Shown here piece after piece: positions 13,466 to 21,049 of a stretch of DNA of 32,000 bases; the first letter of the stretch is position 1, and each line of letters opens with the position of its first letter. Below the pieces are notes generated by a model, which saw nothing but the letters and a program-made list of their open reading frames with translations, ran no database searches and was not told the origin of the DNA. The DNA comes from Desulfosarcina ovata subsp. ovata (GTDB taxonomy: Bacteria > Desulfobacterota > Desulfobacteria > Desulfobacterales > Desulfosarcinaceae): positions 5,209,724 to 5,241,723 of the forward strand of contig NZ_AP021879.1 in NCBI RefSeq assembly GCF_009689005.1, in the 5' to 3' direction. Made by a program: the position numbers and the translations under genes.

Positions 13466-15928
13466 TCAGTCCCGTCTGACAAGTAAAAGCGTATTACCGA
13501 TGACGGTGAGGCTGGAGAGCAGCATGGCCGTGGCGGCGATCAGTGGGGTGAGAAGGCCGCTCATGGCCACGGGGATGCCGATGAGGTTGTAGATCCAGGC
13601 ACACCATAGATTCTGGGTGACCTTCCGGTTGACCCGTCGGGAGAGTAAGAAAACATCCATCAACTGGGCCGGATCGCCGCGCATGAGGGTCAGATGGGCG
13701 GCCTCGGCGGCCAGGGCCTGGCCGTTGTAAAGGGCCACGGCCAGTTGGGCGCGGGCCATGGCGGCTGCGTCATTGATGCCGTCGCCCACCATGGCCGGCC
13801 GGTGTCCCTGTTGGATCAGTTTGTCGATGAAAGCGGCCTTGTCCGCCGGCAGCAGGCGCCCTTGGGCGACATCCGCACCAAGGGCCTCGGCCACTTCACG
13901 GGTAACCCGCTCGCCGTCCCCCGAGATGACGGCAATCGGACGGTATTCGGCCTTCAGGCTGTCGATCAAGTCCGGCACCGTTGGCCTGAGGCTGTCACCG
14001 AAATACAGGCTGGCCGCCGGCTGGCCGTCTACGCTTATGAACACTTGTGAGAGGGCCGTTTCCGTTTGCCCAACCGGTTTGCCCGTCGCCATTTCTGCAG
14101 TTCCCCAGGCAAACTGCCGGCTGCCGATGCGCAGGTTTTTTTTCTCCAAACGTCCCGCGATGCCATCGGAAGATACAACGATATCGTCGACGCGGGCCGG
14201 TGAGATGCCCTTTTCCCTGGCATGGGCGTTGATGGCGCGGGCGATTTCATGCTCCACGGATTGTTCCAGGCCGGCGGCCCAGGCGATCACCTGATCCGGA
14301 TCAAGGCTTGGACGGCATTCTACCTGACTCAGTTGCCAGCGGCCGCGGGTGAGCGTCCCGGTTTTGTCGAACACGATGCTGCTTGTCGTGCCGGCCCGTT
14401 CGAAGGCTTCAATGTCACGAACCAGGATGCCCCGGCGGCCGGCCAGGGAAATCCCGGCCAGGCGGGCCATGGGAATGGCCACGCCCAGGGCGCAGGGGCA
14501 GGAGATGACCATGACGGTCACGGCCCGAACCAGCGACTGGTGCAGGGAGTAACCGATCATGGCGCAGGCGATCCCCGTACCGGTGGCGAGCAGGACGATC
14601 AGGGGCACGAATCCGCGCAACATTCGGTCCGTGCGACCCTCGAAATCACTTTTCTGTTCCAGGCTGCGGGTCATAATGGCGATCATCTGGCCAAGCACGC
14701 TGGCCTCGCCAATGGTCTCCGCCATGGCGATCACACGGCCGTCGATGACCCGCGTACCGCTCTTGATGATGTCACCGGCCTTTACTGCCACCGGCCGCGG
14801 CTCACCGGTGAGGGCGGATTCGTCCACGCGGGCGCTGCCCGACACCACCCGCCCGTCCGCCGGCACGATTTCGTCGGCCTCGACGGCAAAACGGTCGCCC
14901 GCGGCCAACTGCCCGATGGACGCATACCGTCCCGCCGGCCACCCATCGGTGACGATGCGTACCTTGTTCGGCTGCAGGGCGAAAAAATTGTCCAGATCCC
15001 GGCGAACCCGGCCACGGGCCTGCAGTTCGAGCAGTTTGCCCAGCAGCACAAGGGTGATCAGCATGCTGGCCGTATCGAAGTACAGGTGGATGCTGCCCGT
15101 CAGCCAGTTGAAGAGGCTGTAAACGTAGGCGCAACCGGCCGCCATGCCCACCAGGGTCTCCATGCCCGGCGCCAGATGCACCACACCGAACCAGGCTTTG
15201 CGCAGCATGGGGCCGCCGCCGTAAACAAAGGCCACCGTGGCCATGAGAACAATGGGCAGGGAAATCTTGAACACAGCATCATCGGTGAGATCGGTGAAGA
15301 ACCCGGCGTACAGCGCCCAGGAGAGCATCATCACGTTGGCCGAGAAAAGGCCGGTGATGATCAGTCGGATCAGTTCCCGGCGAAAGGCCGATTGCCCGTC
15401 ACTGCCGGCCTCGGTGTCATGGACCGGGTACCCCAGGCGGGCGACGGTTTGGCGGATCGCTTCCGGATCGGTGCGGTCGGGCCGGTAATGGCAACGCAGG
15501 CGGTCGGTGGAGAAATGGCAGGTGGCCTGTTCCACGCCCTCCATCCGTGAAAGAGCCGTTTCGATCACCCAGGCACAGGCCGGGCACCACATGCCGTCCA
15601 CCTTCAGGTCAACACTCAGGGTGTCCGGTGGATCGGATGCGTGGCCTGCTGTCTCCGCTTGGGAGGGCGAGGCGTGCTTCGTCGGCGTGGTTTCCTGCAT
15701 GCGGCGCAGATCCGCCTCGCTGGCCGGAATCACCCCGGCGGCCACGCATTGGCGGAACAGGTCGCTTTCCCGGAAACGGGCCGGGTCGTCCACCTCGGCC
15801 GACTCCAGCAGCATGGTGTAGACCATCCGGCAGCCCTGGCAGCAGAAGGAGAGCGTGTGACCATCGATGGTGTGGGTGATCGTTCCGTAGCGTAACGGCA
15901 GACCACATAAATCACAGTGGGAGGGCAT
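13466..15928 (-). CDS. ccoI: Copper-translocating P1B-type ATPase of the CcoI/FixI type
   Basis: The N-terminus has the Cys-rich CDLCGLP...FCCQGCRMVY motif typical of FixI/CcoI. Also present: an MxCxxC-like GMWCPAC, the CPC motif SCPCALG, DKTGTLT and GDGINDA. ATG 15928 is preferred over the listed TTG 15940. Confidence 0.85.
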   Translation of the reverse strand: MPSHCDLCGLPLRYGTITHTIDGHTLSFCCQGCRMVYTMLLESAEVDDPARFRESDLFRQCVAAGVIPASEADLRRMQETTPTKHASPSQAETAGHASDPPDTLSVDLKVDGMWCPACAWVIETALSRMEGVEQATCHFSTDRLRCHYRPDRTDPEAIRQTVARLGYPVHDTEAGSDGQSAFRRELIRLIITGLFSANVMMLSWALYAGFFTDLTDDAVFKISLPIVLMATVAFVYGGGPMLRKAWFGVVHLAPGMETLVGMAAGCAYVYSLFNWLTGSIHLYFDTASMLITLVLLGKLLELQARGRVRRDLDNFFALQPNKVRIVTDGWPAGRYASIGQLAAGDRFAVEADEIVPADGRVVSGSARVDESALTGEPRPVAVKAGDIIKSGTRVIDGRVIAMAETIGEASVLGQMIAIMTRSLEQKSDFEGRTDRMLRGFVPLIVLLATGTGIACAMIGYSLHQSLVRAVTVMVISCPCALGVAIPMARLAGISLAGRRGILVRDIEAFERAGTTSSIVFDKTGTLTRGRWQLSQVECRPSLDPDQVIAWAAGLEQSVEHEIARAINAHAREKGISPARVDDIVVSSDGIAGRLEKKNLRIGSRQFAWGTAEMATGKPVGQTETALSQVFISVDGQPAASLYFGDSLRPTVPDLIDSLKAEYRPIAVISGDGERVTREVAEALGADVAQGRLLPADKAAFIDKLIQQGHRPAMVGDGINDAAAMARAQLAVALYNGQALAAEAAHLTLMRGDPAQLMDVFLLSRRVNRKVTQNLWCAWIYNLIGIPVAMSGLLTPLIAATAMLLSSLTVIGNTLLLVRRD

Positions 15929-15990
15929 GGAAGGAATCAATCGGGAATGCGAGAATTGGGGTTTGAAAAATCATCTCAGATGGATTGGGA

Positions 15991-16096
15991 AAATGCCAAA
16001 TGGCAAAATCCAAATGTCAAATGGTGGAATGCTGTCGATTTGAGGTTAAAATCGGCCCGATCCTTCAATTGACATTTGAGCTTTGTCATTTGTCAT
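15991..16096. repeat. Heptad-armed inverted-repeat element E1 (no ORF)
   Basis: Left arm: aaatgcc aaatggc aaaatcc aaatgtc aaatggt. Right arm: ttgacat ttgagct ttgtcat ttgtcat. The inner 12 nt are complementary at 11 of 12 positions. Junction motifs are GGTGG (16023) and CCTTCA (16062). A central hairpin reads CGATTT..AAATCG. Confidence 0.8.
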
Positions 16097-16104
16097 TGCC
16101 GGCG

Positions 16105-16623
16105 TCAATTACGCCGGCCCAGGCTTTTGACATACGCAATCACCCGCCACCGGTCATCCGGGGCGATGGTGGTGGCCAGGGGTGGCTGGCGGCCGCCGGG
16201 CAGGCCGAAACTGATCTCCTTGAACAGTGTTCCCCCGGCCATGGTCTGGACCTTGGCGTCCCGCAGGTCCCTGGGTTTCGGGGCGAAACTCTGGCCGACG
16301 GTGCCATAGCCGTCAACGTTTTTTCCGTGGCAGTGGACGCAGTAGTACCCATAAGCGGTTTTTCCGGTGGCGATCACCGCCGGATCGGTCAGGTCAAAGG
16401 GTGGCTTGAGATCCTCGGCCGCCGCGGCATGGAAAAAGGCTTCCCCGCCGGATACCGGAACGCTGCCCGCCGCCATGACCGGGATGGGATGCTCGTGGGG
16501 CTTGATGGCCGGCGTTTTCCACATGCGGCCGGCGGGCATCAGTTCATCATAGGCGGTGATCACGCCCCAGGCGGCCAGGGCCACCGTACAGACAATCAGC
16601 ATGACTGCGAGTATGCGACCCAT
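16105..16623 (-). CDS. actE: Membrane-anchored monoheme cytochrome c (ActE-like)
   Basis: N-terminal hydrophobic anchor and a single CVHCH heme motif. The size and the context beside ACIII/cbb3 genes fit ActE. Confidence 0.65.
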   Translation of the reverse strand: MGRILAVMLIVCTVALAAWGVITAYDELMPAGRMWKTPAIKPHEHPIPVMAAGSVPVSGGEAFFHAAAAEDLKPPFDLTDPAVIATGKTAYGYYCVHCHGKNVDGYGTVGQSFAPKPRDLRDAKVQTMAGGTLFKEISFGLPGGRQPPLATTIAPDDRWRVIAYVKSLGRRN

Positions 16624-16854
16624 TTATTCTCCTCCGGCCCCTCTGACATGCTGGGGATTGGGCATTCGCTGGTAAACGGCATAGGGTGAGGATGCCGGCA
16701 CATCCTTGACCGGGCGGTAGGCCCAGGTGGGCTGGCCCATGTCCGAGACCACATAGAAGGACAGGAACCCCTTGAACAGGATAATGCCCAGCATGACACC
16801 AATCCAGATCCAGGTCCTGAAAATCGATTCGTGTTGGTGCGGGTTGTTGTTCAT
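16624..16854 (-). CDS. Small single-TM membrane protein, function unknown
   Basis: One hydrophobic helix (WIWIGVMLGIILFKGFLSFYVV). It is packed tightly between neighbouring genes, with 0-1 nt gaps on both sides. Confidence 0.5.
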   Translation of the reverse strand: MNNNPHQHESIFRTWIWIGVMLGIILFKGFLSFYVVSDMGQPTWAYRPVKDVPASSPYAVYQRMPNPQHVRGAGGE

Positions 16855-16855
16855 T

Positions 16856-17131
16856 TCAGATTTTCACTCCCAGTACACCGTGCATGACGATGTAGAAAAA
16901 GCCCCAGATGAAGGTGCCGGCGATGATCAGTATCATCACCAGGGGATAGGGGGCATTGCGCTCTTCGATACCGTCGGCGTAGCGGCCGGTGATGCGTTTC
17001 TTGCTGGCCTCGCTGTCCCTGCCATGCAAATGGGCAAAGGCCAGCGCCACACCGAAAATGACCATGAAAATCAGGGTGGGAAAGAGCCAGGCCATGGTAT
17101 GCTGAAAACTGAGCAGTTGGAAAAATCGCAT
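16856..17131 (-). CDS. cbb3 oxidase FixP/CcoP N-terminal-domain-like membrane protein
   Basis: DGIEERNAPYPLVMILIIAGTFIWGFFYIV resembles the DGI.E..NPLP-W...Y motif of the CcoP N-terminal anchor. It has two TM segments and no heme motif. Confidence 0.5.
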   Translation of the reverse strand: MRFFQLLSFQHTMAWLFPTLIFMVIFGVALAFAHLHGRDSEASKKRITGRYADGIEERNAPYPLVMILIIAGTFIWGFFYIVMHGVLGVKI

Positions 17132-17140
17132 GCTGGATCC

Positions 17141-17425
17141 TCACTGTTTGCTGAAATAGAGGGCGAATGCCAGAACCGCCCCCGTTGCCCCCAATCCGGC
17201 GATTGCCAGGACAAAAAGACCGTAGATTTCGATCCGACTGAACCGGGTCGCCTTGACCGGCGGTGCATCGCCATCGTCCTTTAAGGGCAGATAGCGGGCC
17301 CGCTGCTGATCGCCAAACTGGCCGGTCTTGAACGCCCAGTAAAAGACCGCCAGGCTGATGACCAGGCCGATGGTGATGTAGGCGATGAAGTAGGGGTAGT
17401 ACATAATGGTAATGTCAAATTTCAA
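17141..17425 (-). CDS. ccoS: CcoS/FixS-family cbb3 oxidase maturation protein
   Basis: LAVFYWAFKTGQFGDQQRARYLPLKDD matches the CcoS signature (F.WA.KSGQFDD). The listed TTG start (17425) lies inside repeat E2, so ATG 17404 is the more likely start. Confidence 0.7.
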   Translation of the reverse strand: MKFDITIMYYPYFIAYITIGLVISLAVFYWAFKTGQFGDQQRARYLPLKDDGDAPPVKATRFSRIEIYGLFVLAIAGLGATGAVLAFALYFSKQ

Positions 17426-17512
17426 ATGACAAATGTCAAATGGTGGTTGACTCCCTTTTTAAATGTCAAATTTCAAATGACAAGTGTCAAATGGCGGTTG
17501 ACTCCTTTTTTT
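17411..17512. repeat. Element E2, left arm: two tandem 51-nt units of heptad repeats
   Basis: Unit 1: aatgtca aatttca aatgaca aatgtca aatggtg gttgactccc ttttta. Unit 2: aatgtca aatttca aatgaca agtgtca aatggcg gttgactcc tttttt. Segment 17423-17441 is complementary to 17906-17924 at 18 of 19 positions. Confidence 0.85.
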
Positions 17513-17871
17513 TATTTTTTCCGGCACGACATGGCGATCGATGAAAAGATCAGCGTCAGTTCGTGGGCTTCCTGCCAAAGCGGGCGAATCGTTTCCTTCT
17601 CGTTCGGGTTCGCCTTGGCAATCATTCTCAACCAGTGTTTGGTCTCCTTGGCCTCTTTACGGCATAGGTCGATTTTGTATTTAAAGTCTTTTTTCGACCC
17701 GGCACTGTCTGCTTCCATATAGTTGGCTCCGACACTGGTCCCGGATCTGACGATTTGCCTGATAAGTACATCATTTACGCTATTGTCGGGAAGGGATTGG
17801 GCGAGTTCAATGATCCGCTCGCCAAAAATCGCCGTCCGTTCCTCCAAATTAAATTCAACCGTATCCACCAA
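17512..17871 (-). CDS. Four-helix-bundle protein (23S rRNA intervening-sequence protein / Avd family)
   Basis: 119 aa; the pattern LPDNSVNDVLIRQIVRSGTSVGANYMEADSAGSKKDFKYKIDLCRKEAKETKHWLRM is typical of this family. It has a TTG/GTG start and lies between the inverted arms of E2. Confidence 0.85.
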   Translation of the reverse strand: MVDTVEFNLEERTAIFGERIIELAQSLPDNSVNDVLIRQIVRSGTSVGANYMEADSAGSKKDFKYKIDLCRKEAKETKHWLRMIAKANPNEKETIRPLWQEAHELTLIFSSIAMSCRKK

Positions 17872-17900
17872 AATAAATCATTCTTAAAAAGGATAGAATA

Positions 17901-17936
17901 CCTTCAATTGACATTTGTCATTTGGCCTTTGACATT
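17901..17936. repeat. Element E2, right arm
   Basis: CCTTCA a ttgacat ttgtcat ttggcct ttgacat t. The first 17 nt (ccttcaattgacatttg) are identical to the E1 right arm. Confidence 0.85.
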
Positions 17937-17940
17937 TCGC

Positions 17941-18876
17941 TTACGGCTCATACGCCGCGTCAATCCCCTTAGGTTCCATATTCGCATCGCTCTCATTAAT
18001 AAAATTTACCGCCACATAGTTGCCCACGTCCCAGATTTTCTCCGACTCCAGCTCGCGCTTGAAGTAGGGCATGGCCGTGCCGGTAATGCCGTTCATGATT
18101 TGGTAGTAGAGGATTCCTCCGCTGATTTCACGGTTCTTCAGAATCGTGAAGTTGAGCGGCGGCGGGTAGATGTGCGGCTGGGCCGGTCCCATACCGTCAC
18201 CCACCGGGCCGTGGCAGCCCAAGCAGAAATCCTGGTAGATCTTGTGGCCGCGGGCCAGCCCCGCTTCGCTGGTGGGGTAGGGGTTGGGTACGTCCCGCCA
18301 CCCCTGGGGAATGTTCTCGCTGAGCCACTGTACATTGGCGTCCGGCCCTGCCTCGTAGGCCTTGATGGATTCGGCCTTCCAGAAGGCCTGGCGTTTCATG
18401 CGGTGGTCGGCGTTTTTCATGCCCAGGCTCTGCACGTAGCGGATCAGCTGGTTCATGCCGGTATCGCCCAAGAATTCAAAGGGCGGCATGATCGAGAGCG
18501 GCCGGGTATAGCGGGGATTGACAAAGTGGGCCACGTGCCAGTCGTCGGGGTGCTCGCCACCGTCCTGGGAAAGGTCCGGGCCGGTGCGCTGGGAACCCAG
18601 CAGGATCGGGTAGTCCTCCACGTAGTCGCCGGCCTGGGCGATGCGTTCGGCGCCCAGCCCCCAGTCGATGGTGCGGATGGACTGGCTGTGGCAGTAGACG
18701 CAGCCGTTGGCGATGTAAAGCTTCCGGCCGGCGGCCTCATCCACGGAGCGCTGGCGGAAGATCTCCGATGGCGCGGTCTGGCTGGTGTGCACATAAGGCA
18801 GCAGGATGACCACGAAGACGATGGTGGCCAGGATCAGGAGCGATCCGGCGACTACGGCAAGGGGAGTCATTTTCAT
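17941..18876 (-). CDS. ccoO: cbb3-type cytochrome c oxidase subunit II (CcoO) fused to a second c-type heme domain (CcoP-like)
   Basis: N-terminal TM segment, then the CcoO pattern GCVYCHSQ...GSQRTGPDL...WHVAHFVNPR...MPPF. A second heme motif CLGCHG lies in the C-terminal half. There is a 4-nt overlap with ccoN. Confidence 0.85.
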   Translation of the reverse strand: MKMTPLAVVAGSLLILATIVFVVILLPYVHTSQTAPSEIFRQRSVDEAAGRKLYIANGCVYCHSQSIRTIDWGLGAERIAQAGDYVEDYPILLGSQRTGPDLSQDGGEHPDDWHVAHFVNPRYTRPLSIMPPFEFLGDTGMNQLIRYVQSLGMKNADHRMKRQAFWKAESIKAYEAGPDANVQWLSENIPQGWRDVPNPYPTSEAGLARGHKIYQDFCLGCHGPVGDGMGPAQPHIYPPPLNFTILKNREISGGILYYQIMNGITGTAMPYFKRELESEKIWDVGNYVAVNFINESDANMEPKGIDAAYEP

Positions 18877-20240
18877 GATGGCGCTCCGGATTTTCCGAAC
18901 AGTGAGCGGACGATATTATAAAACCCCAGCACCGCACTGGAGAAGATCATCAATCCCAGGCCGGCGCGCACCACGTAATACACGTGGATTTCCGGCAGGA
19001 CGCGGTAGACGGTTTCGCCGTTGAGCCAGGCGTTGCCCTGGATCAGTCCGGCGATGGTCAGCACCACGGTGAAGCCGACCATGCCGATCAGCACCATCCA
19101 GTACTGGAAGTCGGCCAGGAAACGGCTGAAGAGCGGTTTGCCCGACATCTTGGGCACGGTGTAGTACAGCCCGCCCAGGGCGATCATACCGGCGAAACCA
19201 AGCACGCCGATGTGGGCATGGGCCACCACCCAGTTGTTGAAGTGGGTCACGCGCTGGACATCGGGCAGGGCCATGAGGGAACCCTGGATGCTGACGAAAA
19301 AGTACATGATCGTTCCGGTGAAGATGAACTTGGCACCGATGTCGGCGTGGATTTCGCCCAGCCGGCCCCGGGCCGTGTACCAGATGTTGATCAGAAAGGC
19401 CATGACCGGGATGACCATGGCGATGCTGTCCACGATGGCCACCACCTTGAGCCAGGTCGGCACCGGCACCTGGAGCAGGTGATGGGTGCCGATATGGGTG
19501 TAGACCACGATCAGGGCCCAGAATCCCAGAAGGGAGAGGGTGTGGCTGTAAAGTGGTGCCCGGCAGGCGCGCGGGATCACGTAATAGGCGACCGCAATGG
19601 AAAACGGCGTCAGCAGCAGACCGAAAACGTTGTGGCCGTAGAACCAGAGCAGGATGGCATCGGGAATGCCCACCAGGGCGCCGCTGTCCGGCCTCCAGAC
19701 CACGTTTCCCAGGGCGAAGGTGCTGAAGGTGAGCACCACGCCGGCGAGCATATACCATACCGACACGTATAGAATCGGCTCCGTGCGGTTCTTGACGGTC
19801 ATGATGAAATTGATGAACACCAGGCCGAAGGCGGCGAGGACCATGACGTCCAGGTGCCAGATCAATTCGGCGTACTCGCGCCCCTGGGTCATGCCGGCGG
19901 CCAGGCTGGCCACGGCGCCGATCAGGGCGAGGTTCCACAAAATGACCGTCACCACGCCCAACCGCTCGCTGTAGAGCCGGGTGCGCAGCAACCTGGGAAT
20001 GAAGTAGAAGGCGGCCGAGAGCAGGCCCGGGGTGACGAACCCGAACAGCACCAGGTTGACATGGGTGGGCCGCACGCGCCCGAAGACAATGCCGCCCATG
20101 TTGGCGGTCAGGTCCGGGGCGACCAGTTCGGTGGCTCCCAACAGCCCGTAAAAGGTGGCCACCATCATCCAGAAGGCGGATGTCAGGGCAAACCCCTTGG
20201 CGGTGGTGTTGGATTCTATGATTTTGGTGTCGGTGGACAA
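18873..20240 (-). CDS. ccoN: cbb3-type cytochrome c oxidase subunit I
   Basis: Polytopic heme-copper oxidase sequence with WFYGHNVFGL, IGTHHL and VAHAHIGVLGF histidine ligand blocks. TTG start with AAGGAG 6 nt upstream. Confidence 0.9.
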   Translation of the reverse strand: MSTDTKIIESNTTAKGFALTSAFWMMVATFYGLLGATELVAPDLTANMGGIVFGRVRPTHVNLVLFGFVTPGLLSAAFYFIPRLLRTRLYSERLGVVTVILWNLALIGAVASLAAGMTQGREYAELIWHLDVMVLAAFGLVFINFIMTVKNRTEPILYVSVWYMLAGVVLTFSTFALGNVVWRPDSGALVGIPDAILLWFYGHNVFGLLLTPFSIAVAYYVIPRACRAPLYSHTLSLLGFWALIVVYTHIGTHHLLQVPVPTWLKVVAIVDSIAMVIPVMAFLINIWYTARGRLGEIHADIGAKFIFTGTIMYFFVSIQGSLMALPDVQRVTHFNNWVVAHAHIGVLGFAGMIALGGLYYTVPKMSGKPLFSRFLADFQYWMVLIGMVGFTVVLTIAGLIQGNAWLNGETVYRVLPEIHVYYVVRAGLGLMIFSSAVLGFYNIVRSLFGKSGAPS

Positions 20241-20260
20241 GAGCGACTCCTTGCAAGTTA

Positions 20261-20405
20261 AATTCTCAATTATGAATTTTAAATTTTGAATGATTGGATG
20301 GTGCCGATTTTATAATTGATCGAATTCCTCAATTCAAAATTCATAATTCAACATTTTCGCGTTCCCAATCGGAAGAATTCCTTCATTCAAAATTTAAAAT
20401 TAAAA
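20261..20405. repeat. Heptad-armed inverted-repeat element E3
   Basis: Left arm: aattctc aattatg aatttta aattttg aatgatt. Segment 20276-20293 is perfectly complementary to 20383-20400 (18 nt). Segment 20268-20280 is also complementary to 20336-20348. Junction motifs are GGTGCC (20300) and CCTTCA (20380). Confidence 0.8.
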
Positions 20406-20413
20406 ATTCCTAA

Positions 20414-21043
20414 TTAATTGTGACACGCCAACCAGCACCCAATATTGACATCCAAGGACCGGTGGCACTCGATACAAAATCCCATTTTGAACCGTTCTCC
20501 CTTCAACCGGTCCATGTCGCGGACCTCGCCGTGGCACGATTCACAGGCGATATCCCGTTTGATGTGCCGTTCGTGGTTGAAAACCACATGCTCGGCCAAT
20601 GTAAACACCTTGACCCATGGCGTGGGCGTGTCCGTGTTGAAATAGTCGTGCTCCTTCTGGATTTCCGGGTGGTTGGCGATGATGTAATTATGGCAGAAGA
20701 GGCATTTCTCCACGGGCGGCATTCCCGGATGAATCGATTTGTCCACATACGAGTGGCAGAAGCGGCAGTCGATGGCCTTGTGGCCGGCGTGCAGCCGGTG
20801 ACTGAAGGGAATCGGCTGGGCCGCCCCGATGCGCGTGGCCGGCGACGCATAGAAAAAGAAGAGAAATCCCAGTACCAGCATGACGCATGCGCCCACCCAG
20901 AACATGGGGCCGCGGTTTTCCCAGACGTGGACCAGGGTTTCGCCGAAAGCAGTGAAAAAGCGCATGGGCCGTCCCCGGGTGCCGATGAGAATAACAACCC
21001 CCACTAGGGTGAGCAGGATAAAGGTGGTAATCAGAATTTCCAT
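20414..21043 (-). CDS. actA: Membrane-anchored multiheme cytochrome c (ActA-like)
   Basis: Heme motifs CRFCH, CLFCH, CESCH and CIECH, plus a terminal CWLACH (CX3CH spacing as read). It has an N-terminal TM region and sits directly after the actF-like gene (6-nt gap). Confidence 0.7.
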   Translation of the reverse strand: MEILITTFILLTLVGVVILIGTRGRPMRFFTAFGETLVHVWENRGPMFWVGACVMLVLGFLFFFYASPATRIGAAQPIPFSHRLHAGHKAIDCRFCHSYVDKSIHPGMPPVEKCLFCHNYIIANHPEIQKEHDYFNTDTPTPWVKVFTLAEHVVFNHERHIKRDIACESCHGEVRDMDRLKGERFKMGFCIECHRSLDVNIGCWLACHN

Positions 21044-21049
21044 TTTTTC

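Noticed and set aside
14222-15550. 442-aa plus-strand ORF (and several 60-190-aa ORFs) antisense to the P-type ATPase
   Set aside because: These are antisense artefacts of high GC. The ATPase frame carries all canonical motifs.
17755-18921. 388-aa plus-strand ORF spanning the four-helix-bundle gene, repeat arm and ccoO
   Set aside because: It crosses an intergenic repeat and is antisense to two well-supported genes. The composition is artefactual.
18916-20256. 446-aa minus-strand ORF overlapping ccoN in another frame
   Set aside because: It has the Arg/Pro/Gly-rich composition typical of off-frame reading in GC-rich DNA. The 18873..20240 frame gives a clean heme-copper oxidase sequence.
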